From Antechinus flavipes (Eukaryota), in NCBI RefSeq assembly GCF_016432865.1, contig NC_067403.1:245582001-245646000 (forward strand): a stretch of DNA of 64,000 nt. Reading direction: 5' to 3'. Within the stretch, counting starts at the first letter, position 1. The number at the start of each line of letters is the position of its first letter. The notes beneath the pieces are model-generated. The model did no database searches. It was not told where the DNA came from and saw nothing but the letters and a program-made list of their open reading frames with translations. Positions 49,897 to 62,473 of the stretch are shown here, one piece after another. Position numbers and translations under genes: made by a program.

Positions 49897-50180
49897 TGTT
49901 GTAATGCGGGAGCCACCTGACAGTGGCTGCTAGAAATCGAATCCAGACTTGCAGAATGGATCTCCTTGTGTGAGAGGATGATATAAGGAGACTGAGAGGC
50001 TGTTGCTGTTCTCTGACCTCTCTGACTCTCTTCCCTATGCCTCCAATTTATTTCATTCACAATCCACAACACCTGTGTCAGCAAAGGCTGCTGTGCAACT
50101 CCCTCAAGTGTCACAATCCACAGCTGTGGAAGCTCTCGGAGAATTGACCTGTCCTTTCACCCAGGTGTGATCCTTAATAC
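49897..50180. mobile_element. Probable solo ERV LTR (about 280 bp)
   Basis: Abrupt GC-richer island beginning TGTTGTAATG and ending gatccttaata; internal direct repeat CACAATCCACA (50058, 50112); AATAAA on the minus strand near 50047-50052. Termini and TSD ambiguous. Confidence 0.6.
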
Positions 50181-50949
50181 TATTTGTCAAGCTCTCAGCT
50201 AAATTTTAGGGATTAAAAAAAGCCAAAAAAATCTCTGCCTTCAATTAACTGACAATCTAATGGTGGAGAGAAATGAAAACATATATACAATGCAAGCTAT
50301 AATCAAGGAAAATGGGAAATAATTATCAGTGAGAAAATATTTGTATTAAGAGGTTTTGAGGACAGCTTCATAGAGGTAGGATGTTAATTGAAACTTAAAG
50401 GAAAGCCATAGAGGTCCATGGGCAGATCAGAGCAGGTTCCAGACACAAAGAAATTGAAAAGAAGATGCTCAGAGCTGAAAGGAGTGTCTTATTCATGGAT
50501 CAGCCAGTAAGTCAATGGCATGGAACTGAAAAGTGGCAAAGAATATAGTTTAAGATTGAAAAGAAAGGAGGAAGTTGGATCATTAAGGACTGTAGAGTTA
50601 CCATATCTAATGTGTACAAACAAAAGGAAATTGCAGTTCCTGGAATAGGTATAAAGACTCTAAAATAAAATTGAATGAATTAATGAGAAAATCTATAGGG
50701 AGCTACATAAAGCAATTAGGGAGAAACTGGGTATAGTCAATACTGTATACAAAAGACACGAAGACAAGCTTTCAAATTTTCCATGAAAATATTGAGTTAA
50801 GGTGTGATTCTAGGCAAAGTTTTTTAACCTTTTCATTAGTTTTCTTATGTGCAGAATGGAAATAATAATAGCACTTAATTTGAAAATTGTTCCAAGGAGC
50901 TAATGAGAAAATAACTAAAAAATACAGCACAGTGCCTGGCACAAAGTAA

Positions 50950-51880
50950 GAACTATTTAAATGTTCACTATTATTATATTATCATGCTATATTCCATAAC
51001 AGAAACTAAATATAAAAGGCACAGCATACAATAAAAAGAAGAGAATAAGGTAAGGGACTTAATATAGGCATTTCTGTCAAATAAGCACTTGACAAGAAGC
51101 ATGGATTCTGTCATGGACACTGGGATGAACACTGGGAATATGAAGACAATAATGAACAAATAGAAAAATATAGAAAGGAATGAATGAAAATAGAGGTGGT
51201 CATTTATGCCAGAATCAAAAATAAATTTTAGACATTCATGATGCTAAGACCAAACTTTTTTTTTCCATTATGTAAAACATATCAAATAATTGCCTTTCAT
51301 TCCTGAACCTAGTTGTCAAATAACTGCAATAGAGAGAAAATACTGGAACTTTTCTGAATAGGGGTTCATCAAAGACAGACACACTGGATAGGCTCAGTAA
51401 ATGTTTTTGGATGATGATTACTTTATTGGATTGATCATTGAAAATTTAAAAGTTTGTAAAGATAGTATTTGTTTCACATGCATTATGTATATATTTTGAA
51501 CCAATTGTGATTATTGTTAAATAATTTGCAAGTTGGAAAAACAAGTAGTTATTATTATCATGTGAAGGTCCTAGATTGCCTGCATTTTGTTTTGTCCTTA
51601 TAGGGAAATGATGGGCATCTGTATATTTCTGATTGTTAATTTACTAGTAAGATCTACAATGAGGAACAATATTCTTAAATAAAGTTCTCTGCACAATTGT
51701 TGGTAATGTTTGCCAAACATTCAGATCATTATCAAACCTCAATACTTTCTAAAACTGTGAGTTCCAAAATATAATTATTGTAGCTATTATGTATTTTCTA
51801 ATCAGACCCCAAGGAAATGATGCTTTAATGCATAAGGGAACACTTTGCCTGGAAATTAAGTTCTTCTTAAGAAAAAAAAA
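50950..51880 (+). repeat. Paralogous non-coding block B, copy 2 (a third, partial copy lies at about 61010-61150)
   Basis: Shared segments with 34960-35960; 61021-61120 shares atgctatattccataa...aaatataaaa...agagaataag. Confidence 0.85.
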
Positions 51881-52149
51881 GAATTAGGACTTTTTTCACT
51901 TTAAATATACATACATATATATACATATATGTATGTATATATGTGTATTATATATATATAATGATAATTAATTAGAATCAGAAGGAAACAAGAAAAATTT
52001 TAATATATTTATTGTTCATTTCTTTTACATAGTACTCTTTTTTTTTTGGTCCCAGGTCTCATGTCTTGTCTTCTTCATAAATTCTTCTGATTCATTATTA
52101 TTTAGTGGATGAACACACACATATACTGAATTTTTAAAACTATTTACAT

Positions 52150-52545
52150 AATATATTTTTTTCAATTACACATAAAAATTAGCATTCATTTAAAAAATTT
52201 GAGTTAGAAATTCTTTCTTTTCCTCTCTCTGCTCTTCACCGAGAAGGCAAGCAATCTGATATGTTATATATGTATACTCATGCAAAACATATTTTCATAG
52301 TAGTCCTGTTATAAAAGAAAATATAAACCAACCCCCCAAAAAAATAACCAAGAAAAAATAAAATAAAAATCAAGTATAATTTGATCTGGATTCAGATTCT
52401 ATTTTCTGGAGATAGATAATATTTTAAATTAATAAGTAGGGCAGAGTTCTCTTGGGTCAATGCATTGCTGAAAATAGTTTAGTCATTCACAGTTGATCAT
52501 CTCACACTATTGCTGTTGCTGTATACAGTGTTCTCCTTGTTCTTA
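52150..52545 (-). mobile_element. Old marsupial-type LINE-1 3' UTR fragment
   Basis: gaaggcaagcaat...catgcaaaacatattttcat...agtcattcacagttgatcatctcacactattgctgttgctgtatacagtgttctc; related to 43190-43270. Confidence 0.65.
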
Positions 52546-53099
52546 ATAGCCATTTATAAAGTATTCAGTATGTTCTCAGGAGTGTAATATTGACAATAGC
52601 AAAACATTCTATCCTGCATCAACAAGTCCATAATGCTTAGAAAGAGCAATATCATTCAGGAACAAATGATAAGTTTTATTTCTCACACCTGGTACATATT
52701 AATGAAAAAGATTAATCAGATAATGAGTGCAAATAAATTCAGTATTATCATTTCTTAAGATTTACTAAGTACTAGAACTTTAGATTAGAGTATGTCAATT
52801 TCTATTAGGAACTTTAATCCATTTAGAGTACAATATGAACATGTCAGAAAACACTAAGTAATGTTTCTTCTACTACATCACAATAATTTAGGATTATTAA
52901 TTTGGGTGCCTATTCATCTTACATATATCTTTGTGATACTAGAATGAATCTATAGTACTTACCTTCACCAATTCTCATTCAACCAACCTAGACTTTTATC
53001 AACTAAAATATAGAATCTTCCCACAAAATTAAGACTGTCAAATTTTGGGGTCAGTTCTATTGATATTATTCTGTTTCATCTTCTAAACTCCTACAATAG

Positions 53100-53600
53100 T
53101 GTGAGAAATGGATGGGCATTTGGTTTCCACAGTTAAGAAAGTTAAATTGGAGAAATTAAACTCAAATTAGAAAACTGAAACCCATAAGAACATCAAAGAA
53201 TAGTCAAAGTTATCTTTCCCCAAAAAATGCAAGCTCCAAGGGGGTAGGGATTGACTTTTGTAATTAGTGGTGGTGCCCAGGGAATTAAAAAGAAACTTTT
53301 TTTCTTTGTCCCTAACCCTCCACTGTTATCTTCCCCTTACTAGAATATGCTTCTTGGGGACAGGGATTGGCTATATCATTAGTGATGGAGATTCATGTCC
53401 TGTAACTTCTGTACATCCAATTAAATGTGAATCAGGAGAGGAACTCGTGTTTTAGGATAGGAAATAAAATGTTGCCTTTGGAGTTTCAAAGGTATGTCTA
53501 CTCACCTAGATACCCATTCTTGCAAGAATGTAAGATAAATCTTTCCTTCATTCATCAGTGAATCAATGGAGTTCTTGGTAAGATATTTTGTTTCTTATAA
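53100..53600 (+). repeat. Paralogous non-coding block C, copy 1 (candidate distal promoter and 5' exons)
   Basis: Collinear with 63510-63990 throughout (ttccacagtta, aaattggagaaat, ttagaaaactgaaaccc, ttcatgtcctgtaacttctgta, ggtaagat). Confidence 0.9.
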
Positions 53601-53699
53601 TAGCATCTGTAATATGTCAATAGTTTAAAAAGATGGCATTATTCATAAAAATAAAGACTGAAATAAACAACTGTAGAAATATTAATAGCTTATGACAAT

Positions 53700-54230
53700 T
53701 CTAAGTAAACTAATTTATGAATTCACTGTCATATCAACCAAATTACCAAAGTATTTTATAGAGCTAGAACAAGTAGTAACAAAATTCTTCTAGAAAACTA
53801 AAGATCAAGAATATCAAGGGGTTCAATATAAAAAGTGAAGAATTGTGGCCTAGAATATGCACATAACAAAGAACTGTGCAGACTTAATTATTCTAATCAG
53901 TGCAATGATCCATGACAATTCCAAAAAACTCCTAATAAGAAAAAAAAAAAAAAGTATGCAATTCCAGAGAAAGGACTGATGAGCAAAGGGCAGATTAAAG
54001 AATATTCTTTTTTTTTTTTTTTTTTTTTTACTTAACCTGTCTTTTTTTGCAGCATGGTTGACATTGAAATATGTTTTGCATAACTTCAAATTTATAAAAG
54101 AGATTATATTGCTTGCTTTTTCAATAAGTAAGGGAGAGAATCAGAAAGAGGATAGGAATTTAGAGCCCAAAATTTTTAAAAAATTAATTTAAAAAAAAAA
54201 TAAAAATATGGCTCTTAAAAAAAAAAAAAC
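53700..54230 (+). mobile_element. LINE-1 ORF2 fragment fused to an old 3' UTR
   Basis: tttatagagctagaacaagtagtaacaaaattc matches 3525-3560; followed by 3' UTR-type sequence and an A-rich end. Confidence 0.7.
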
Positions 54231-55020
54231 ATTGAAATCAGTAAGATAATAAATGAGCATCTATTAAATGTCTTTTCTAGGCCATCCTCCCTCCTAATCA
54301 CTTTATAAGTATTATCACATTTGCTCCTCACAGTAATCCTAATGGGAAGCCATATCTCCATTTGAAAGTTTAAGTAGCTAAATCAGATGGAAATTAGATT
54401 GCTTGCCAGGGTCACACAGCTCCTAGATATCAGAAAAAAAAATTCTGAGTTCAGACCCAGAAACAAATCCATTGCGCTACTTAGGTACTTTATGAGGAGT
54501 TCATTTGATCCTCAAAAAAATCCTAGAATATAGAAGCTATCATTAATGTTGTTTTACAGAAAAAAGAAATAAAAAAGAAAGATGTTAAGTTATTTGTCAA
54601 AAGTTAAACAGCTACTGTATAATAATTGATTAGAAGTCACTTCTTAACTTAGTCCTAGTGATCTATTCACTACCCTGTCTTCTAGGAGACCCTTTAGTTA
54701 TCTAAAGGCAGTGTCCTCACTTCCCTTTGGCTGTTTTGTGTGTTCAACACGAATTTCATATCCATCATACTAAGATACATCAAAAACCACAAATTCTTCA
54801 TCTTGTCAATCTTTCATTTTGGGTACTAGATATTTTTCATTTACTTGACTTTTAGTGTGTGGACAATTGAAATAGCTTCTTCTTCTTGCATAAATCCATA
54901 CAATTTCTTTGACCTTGATGCAACCATGACAAAGCATCCACAAATGGAATCCTTAAACACACTAAGTGTTTAATAAAGTCTTGCTGAAATTAGGTAGACC
55001 AGTAAACTTTGTCAGTTATT

Positions 55021-55193
55021 TCTCTCTGGGAAATTTCTGCAACATCATATAAAATCCATTAAACATCTCTAGTGCTTCAGAGACATGACCTCATGGGGCC
55101 TGAGAAAACTATAAAGTCTGATTCTAGCAGCTGGCACTACCAACCACACAAATAAGTCACAGAATATTCAACCTTCCAGATATGCAGGTAATA
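55021..55193 (+). promoter_or_regulatory. Putative OR promoter and 5' exon (module A, copy 4; for the OR at 56534)
   Basis: TCTCTGGG (O/E-like on the minus strand) 55023-55030; CATTA 55057; TTCAGAGA 55076-55083; CTCATGGG 55090-55097; TATAAA 55110-55115; donor CAG/GTAATA with GT at 55188. Confidence 0.68.
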
Positions 55194-56533
55194 TTAATCT
55201 TCTTTTTTTTAATATAGGTCATATAAAAATCATATGAAGTTCAAGCAGCTAAGTTCAAAAAGTTGATCACTATGCTGCCCACCATGTGCATGAATATAAC
55301 CTTGTGATGAATTCACTCAAATTGAAATAACATGAAATCATTCTAGTAAGTTATTAGATGACAGGTCCTAGCTTTGACTAATACATATAATCAAATAATC
55401 ACATCAAATAAATTTTGTCGAGGGATATTGATTGTTAATAGTATATGTGATACCAATGATTTTTGAGATCAATACTATGCAACTGAACACATTCTTGAAA
55501 TACAATTTTTAAAAAGTCATTTAAAATATCTGGGAATGAAAGGCAATAAAAACACCAAAATTAAGCCTACATCCTATTAATAATTCAGGAAGCAAAATAA
55601 TCTCAAATGAAATGAACTTATTGAGAGTGAATATATCCATTGTGTTTTGCAAAACGTCATGGAGCTAAAGCCAGCAAATCAAAGAAAACACATTTGAAAC
55701 TGGATTTTTTAACCAAAATGGTTTAGGAAATACCTAAGAAGAAAATTCCTATGGAAATATTTATAGTATTGCTTATGTTTAATCTATATTAGATTGTTTG
55801 CTGTCTTGGAGAAGGAGGATATGACAGAGAGAAAAAATTGGAACACAAGATTTTGCAAAAGTGAATGTGTTTGGAAAAATAAAATATTATTTAGATAAAA
55901 ATGGAGGAAATTCCTTCTTTTAGCTTTGGCCATTACTTTGTCTAAAACCTCTATAATCATAGACAGTTACTTCTACTACCACATGGTTACATAATTAACA
56001 TGGGATTGTGCAGAAATGCCCTGGATATGGTTGTATCCCTATTTAACCTCACAGCCAACTTGAAAACTATTGTTGTGTGGACCATACTGATACCTATTTT
56101 ACCACAAGTTCTCATCTATTCTACCCTCTTATAGTATCCCAACATGATCTCTCTACACATGGATTAAAATTATTTTTAATAAAAATATTTTAATGCTTTT
56201 AACATTAAAACATTTTAAAAGTTATTCATAATATTTTATAATATTTCTTCTTTAATAATATCTTTCTTTTTTGAGGTTAAAGAGATTCATGATTAAACAG
56301 GTTCTGTAAAATAAAGGTACAAAGACTTCCCTTTTTATCACAGCTTAATATGATATTATATGATTGATATGATATGATAAGTGATATAATAAATGCGTGA
56401 AATTGGGTGGGAAAACCCTGATTCATTTTATCTATGACATTTTTAGCTACAAATTGCCTAACTGACTCTGCAAACAGTACTCAGAAAAGATTTCTTTCTT
56501 TTATTCTCAGATTATTATTCTTAGATAGAAGAA

Positions 56534-57484
56534 ATGATCAAGTTGAATGAAACAGCCGAGAGCCAGGTGACTGAATTCATTCTCATGGGCATCACAAATC
56601 GGCCTGATCTACAGGGTCCCCTCTTTGGAGTATTTTTCCTCAACTATATGGTCATAGTTCTGGGGAACCTGGGCCTCATCATCCTAACCAGTGTTGATTC
56701 CCATTTGCAAACACCGATGTACTTTTTTCTCAGGCACTTAGCATATGTTGATCTTGGCTATTCTACAGCTATTGGTCCAAAAATGCTGGTCAGTTTCATA
56801 GAGGAGAAAAATATCATTTCTTACAAGGGATGTGTGGTACAGATATTTTTCATTGCGATACTTATAACTTGTGAATTTTTTATCCTGTCAGCCATGGCCT
56901 ATGATCGCTATGTAGCTATCTGTAAGCCCCTCCTCTACATGGTCATCATGTCAGATAAGTTGTGTTGGCTCTTGCTAGCTATCTCATACCTCCATAGCAT
57001 TATTGTTTCCCTACTAATTACAATAAATATTTTTAACTTGTCCTTCTGTGAATCTAATATAATACAACATTTCTACTGTGACAGTCTCCCATTATTGTCC
57101 ATTATATGTTCAGACACAAGTAAGACTGAACTCATTATTATGATTCTTTCTGCGTTTAACTTGGTTTCTTCTCTCTTGATCATCCTTGCCTCCTATATGA
57201 TCATTCTTGTAGCTATAATCAGGATGAACTCTGCTGATGGTAGGCAGAAAGCCTTCTCCACCTGTGGATCTCATCTAACAGTAGTAACTGTGTTTTATGG
57301 GACTCTTCTTTTCATGTATCTACAACCCCAATCAAGTCACTCTTTGGAAACAGACAAAATAGCTTCTGTGTTTTACACTTTGGTGATGCCCATGCTCAAC
57401 CCTTTGATCTATAGCTTAAGGAACAAAGAGGTAAAAGGTGCCTTGAAAAGAATCTTCAAAAAATTGATGCAAGTATTCCATTAA
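56534..57484 (+). CDS. OR8K-like: Olfactory receptor, family 8 subfamily K-like (316 aa)
   Basis: All canonical OR motifs intact. Acceptor ttattctcag ends at 56510, 23 nt before the ATG. Confidence 0.95.
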   Translation: MIKLNETAESQVTEFILMGITNRPDLQGPLFGVFFLNYMVIVLGNLGLIILTSVDSHLQTPMYFFLRHLAYVDLGYSTAIGPKMLVSFIEEKNIISYKGCVVQIFFIAILITCEFFILSAMAYDRYVAICKPLLYMVIMSDKLCWLLLAISYLHSIIVSLLITINIFNLSFCESNIIQHFYCDSLPLLSIICSDTSKTELIIMILSAFNLVSSLLIILASYMIILVAIIRMNSADGRQKAFSTCGSHLTVVTVFYGTLLFMYLQPQSSHSLETDKIASVFYTLVMPMLNPLIYSLRNKEVKGALKRIFKKLMQVFH

Positions 57485-58994
57485 ATGTGCAAGGTAAAGT
57501 ATAATTCAATTACATCATGAGAAGCAAGCAAATTTTAGCCAGATTTCTTAAACAACTTCTCCCAGTTCTTCTCTTTTTGAAGAAAAATAAATATGTCTAC
57601 TAATATGCACTATGAGAGGGAGTTTTCTTGATTAGATATCATTTTTTATTTCATTTTATGTGTTTGTATGTTGTGTGTCTGAAATTGTCAGCATCCAGTA
57701 AATCTTATTTTAATGAATCTTTTGATTGAAAGGGATTATTAGGAGACTGAGCACCAATTGTCTTTATAAAAAGAATTTATATCATCTACCTAAAAGTAAA
57801 CATGCCAACTCTTGTTAGAATTTTCTTGTGTAAGAGATGCATTTATAGGATGCTGCTAAGTACAGTGCTAGCATTAGGTATACACAGATAAACCACAAAA
57901 ATGGTTCTTGACATCAATGAACATAACTATTTATTAAGGGAAACACCATATCCATGAAAACCACATTATCTGTCACAAAAGTGAATCTACTTTTAACCAT
58001 GCCTAATTATTAAGAAGTTTATTTTTTTTCTTATTATTGCTGAATTTCCTCTCCAAAGTTTCTCCTAATCTTCTCTGTGAACAAAAAAGTTCTTTCTTCT
58101 TTGTGATGTTAATTCAAATTCCGATACCATGTACTTATATCACTTGAATACTAAGATTGCCTCTTGTTGTTTACCTTGTAGTTTAATGATGTCTATTCTG
58201 AACTCTGTTACCCCAAATTGAACACAATCCTCCCAACATCGACTCAGGGAAGACTACAATAGGACTGTCATATCTAATGCTTGAATGCCATGTGTGCCTT
58301 AATTATAATCAATTTAACTTCCTTGTTCATATATTATAACCTAGATTTATATTGCATTTGGGGAATGATCTAATAGCTCCCCATCTCTTTAAAAGCAATG
58401 CCTAATATTCCATATATTTTCTATTAATTATTTGGAAGTTTTTTTTTCTTTTTAATGCAAACCAAATATAACATTTTACATATCTCCCAATATGTTAATG
58501 CATATCAGATTTAGGAACAACTAAAGAAAAAATTCTTGATTTGTATGTGGAAAAAGTCTAGAGGTAGGACTTCACTGCAGGTATTACTAAACAAATATGT
58601 AAGAAAGCATCACATTATTTCAATTTTTTCTTTCTTCTTCCACTCTCCACGCCAAGAAGAAGACTTATTGTTCTGTACTAGCATCACACTCTCTCTTTGT
58701 TTTTTGTCAATTAAAAAGGACTTGGGGACGATTTTTGATTAAACAGTCTGGGAAGCAAATTAAATGAGCGGATATAAATATATGAAGTCATGAGATGAGA
58801 AGACAGTATGATATTGTCTAGAGTTTTGGTGTAAAATGTGTTAAAAATAATAAAATGTTGACAATTGCCTTTTTCTGAGCAATATGTTTTTGTTTAGGCA
58901 TATTGCTGCATTCAAATCTTACAATACAAAATTTCCCTTTATCTCATAGGCAAATAGATTTATTTAATTAAAAAACATGTAATTTTCACATTTG

Positions 58995-59420
58995 AAAACA
59001 TGGATTTTAACAATGAGATGATTCAACCAGTTCTAATTGCTCAAAGAAAGCGACATACACAGAGAGAGAGGCCTATGGGAACTGATTGTGGACCACAAAA
59101 TAGCATTTTCACTCTTTTGGTTATTGTGTGTCTGCATTTTTGTTTTCCTTCTCAGTTTTTTTTTCTTTCTAGATCTGATTTTTCTTGTGCAGCAAGATAA
59201 CTATATAAATATGTATGTATATATATTGGATTTAACATATATTTCAATATATTTAATATGTATTGGACTATCTGCCAGCTAGGAAATGGGGTAGAAGGAA
59301 GAGGAAAGAATTTGGAACAGAAAGTTTTGCAAGGGTCAATATTGAAAATTACCCATGCATACATTTTGTATATAAGAAGCTTTAATAATAAAAAAAGAGG
59401 AAAGCAAAAAAAAAAAAAGG
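58995..59420 (+). mobile_element. LINE-1 3' UTR fragment with poly-A
   Basis: Same family as 30141-30515; ends aagctttaataataaaaaa. Confidence 0.82.
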
Positions 59421-60409
59421 AAAACAGATTTTTCATAATATCTTCAATGATTTTGAATCTTCATTTGAATTTTTAATAAAAAAAAAGACTAACAATTTTG
59501 CTCCCCAATAGTAAGTCATCTCCATCTGTCTTCAGGTTACATGAGTCAAAACAGTTACAGCAAATAACTTCTCCCAATGGTATTCTTACAGTTTTAGGGG
59601 ATTTAAAGGAAAGTTTTGTTTTGTTTTGTTTTCCTTTATATTAATTTTTAATTATTTTTTAGATTTTTATAGATTATTTTTAATAATTTTTTCAATAGAT
59701 GTTTAATAGATTATTTCAGAAGAGTAAAAATACTATCAAAATAATTTTAATATCCATATTTTAAGATTTGACTAGGGAGAATAAAATAGGAAAAATAGCT
59801 GACATTTGTAGATAGTGTTCATAAATATGCATCATAACAATCCTCCGAGGTAGATATAATAGATATTTTAAACTCCATTTTATGAATGAAGGAATTAAGG
59901 CTAAAAAAAGATTACATGAAAAGCTAAGGACATTTATCTTCTATGTATTAAGGTTGGAAGCTATTTCTCCAGATTACAATTACAATACTCTTAACAGTGA
60001 GCTGCCTTTCAACTTTGGGAAATTCAGTTATTCAAAGTTATCATCATTATCTTAATCTTCATCATCATTTATCCTCATCAATAATATACTTCCTCCTGCT
60101 CTACTTTCTTATCAACATCAGTAATTAAATACCCATTTCTTTAATTTTCACTCCTTTGTTCATTTCCTAGATTGGACACCGTGGCACATATATAGAAATA
60201 TCAGGTTCAGTTTCAAAATATATTCAAGATATTTCCAAAAGTTTTAGAGAAAAGAAAAGAAAAAAAAAACATACTACTGAGATAATTTTGAACCTCAAAT
60301 TAGAAAAATAGAAACCAAAAGTATACAAGGATTTCAAAGATTATATTGAGTGTGGTAGGAAGGAAAGAGGATGGAGTACAAAACTGATTCCTAACTTTTA
60401 CAGATCATG

Positions 60410-60640
60410 CTGCTACTTGGCCAAGGGGATAGAGCACTGGACTTGGAATCAAGAAGACTCATTATTCTGAGTTCAAATCTGTCCTTTGACACTTATTAAC
60501 TGTATGACATTGAATAAGTCATTTAGCCTTGTTTTCTTTAGTTCTTCAACTATAAAATGAGCTGGAGAAAAATATGACAAACCATTTCAGTAAAACCCTA
60601 AAGGAGATCATAAAGAATATGAAATGACTAGAAGAAAAAA
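60410..60640 (+). mobile_element. CORE SINE with RTE-like tail (Mar1-like)
   Basis: gatagagcactggacttggaatcaagaagactc...gagttcaaatc...taaaatgagctggagaaaaatatgacaaaccatttcagta. Confidence 0.75.
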
Positions 60641-61149
60641 AAAACTGATTAAAGAATACAGAAGTAAAACACTAGAAAATTCCAATAGGAAATAATCATG
60701 AAAAATTGAATTTGATAGTTCAATGTTCAATAAAACTAATAATAAAAATTACTTGGGGAAGAACTCTTTTTGACAAAAACTACTCAGATCATTGAAAAGT
60801 TATTTGTCAGATACTAGGATCAAACTTACATAGCATATTGAGGCAGAAAAAGCATTAGCTCTGGAATGTGAGAGATTTGATTTCAAATCAAGGCTCAGAT
60901 ATTTATTCAATTACCCTGGGCAAATTGTGTAATCTGTACATCAGTTTCCTTATGTATATGTTTCCATGTGCCAGGCATATGCTGAGATCTACTTAAATAT
61001 CAGTTATTTTTATTAATCTTATTATTATGCTATATTCCATAATACATGCAAAATGAATTAATGATATAAATATAAAAAGGAATACCATCATATAAAATTT
61101 AAAGAGAATAAGATCACACATTTTCCATGGGATTATATGCTAATCAAAC

Positions 61150-61650
61150 AATATATTTTTTCAAACACTAGATTACTATAGTCATTGACTATTTTGTCCT
61201 ATGCACCTAATCTATTCCACTGATCTATTGAAATTTTTGACCTTTTGTTCTTCTAGATAAACTTTGTTATTATTTTTTTCTAGCTCTGTAAAACAATTTC
61301 TTAGTAGTTTGACTGATATGGCAATAAATAAGTATACCATCACATCATCTACAAAGAGTGATAATTTGGTTTCCTCATTTCCCACTCGAATTCTTTTAAT
61401 CTCCTTTTCTTTTCTTATTGCCAAAGCTAACATTTCTATTACAGCATTAAATAGCAATGGTGATAGTGGGCAACCTTGTCCCACCCCTGATATTATTGGG
61501 AATTATTCTAGTTTATCCCCATTACATCTGATACTTGCTGATAGTTTTAAATAGATGCTACTCATCATTTTAAGGAAAACTCCATTTATTTCAGTACTCG
61601 CTAGTGTTTTTAATAAGAATAGGTGTTGGATTTTGTCAAATGCCTTTTAT
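61150..61650 (-). mobile_element. LINE-1 ORF2 reverse-transcriptase fragment with internal deletions
   Basis: ORF 61212-61484 reads [46 protein letters not shown]. Confidence 0.9.
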
Positions 61651-62131
61651 GCTTAATAAAACATTAATCTTCAAATACAGAACTCAAGAGAAGCATAAAA
61701 GGGCAAAAAGGAAAGAAAATGATAATTTTTTTTTAAGTTAAAAATCTTATACCCCAATTTGGGAAGATGATATGTTTAACTCTTGAGATCTGTATCTCTG
61801 GTAAGGATATACTTAGAGGGTGCAGATATAATTTGATTTTATTTGATGATTTAAAAGTCATTAAAGATATTGTTCTGTCATGTAACTTGATGTCAGAGAA
61901 TTTCACAATTAATTAATTTTGAATAATGCAGTTACAATCAATTTCCTCTTGGTGACAGGATGTTGTTAAGGTATTATGTGATATGTTTATGTAAGTATAT
62001 TATAATTTGTTAAGAAAGTTCTTATTCAAATTATCTTAGACTGCTCACCAAACTCATAATTGAGTATGGAAACAATACTCAAAGAAGGCTTCTTTCTTTT
62101 ATTCTCAGATTATGTTCCTTGGATGGAAGAA

Positions 62132-62428
62132 ATGATCAAATTAAATGAAACCTCTGGTAGCCAAGTGATTAAATATTTAAGGTATCACACACCATCTTTA
62201 TTTGCAAGGTCTCTCTTTATGGTATTTTTCCTCAACTACATGACCACACTTGGACCTTATCATTCAACCAGTGTTGATTCCCACACACACATAACCATGC
62301 ATTTCTTTCTTTAGTAACTGACATTATATCAATCTTGACTATTTCATAGTCTTCAATCCAAAAATGCTATCCAAGTTCAACATTGGAGAAAAATACAATT
62401 TCCTATGAGAAATGTACAGTGAAGGTAG

Positions 62429-62432
<4 letters not shown>
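62132..62432 (+). pseudogene. OR8K-like: Degraded 5' third of an OR8K-like gene (N-terminus to start of TM3)
   Basis: MIKLNETSGSQV...VFFLNYM...SVDSH; ccaaaaatgct and gagaaaaatacaatttcctat match paralogues. Multiple indels, stop at 62312; homology ends at a (TG)n tract. Acceptor attctcag ends at 62108. Confidence 0.88.

Positions 62433-62470
<38 letters not shown>
62432..62470. repeat. (TG)n microsatellite at the pseudogene breakpoint
   Basis: Direct reading. Confidence 0.95.

Positions 62471-62473
<3 letters not shown>

Noticed and set aside
60410-60500. tRNA-like A/B box sequence (also 21810-21910 and 63150-63265)
   Set aside because: These are tRNA-derived SINE heads; no cloverleaf or acceptor stem.
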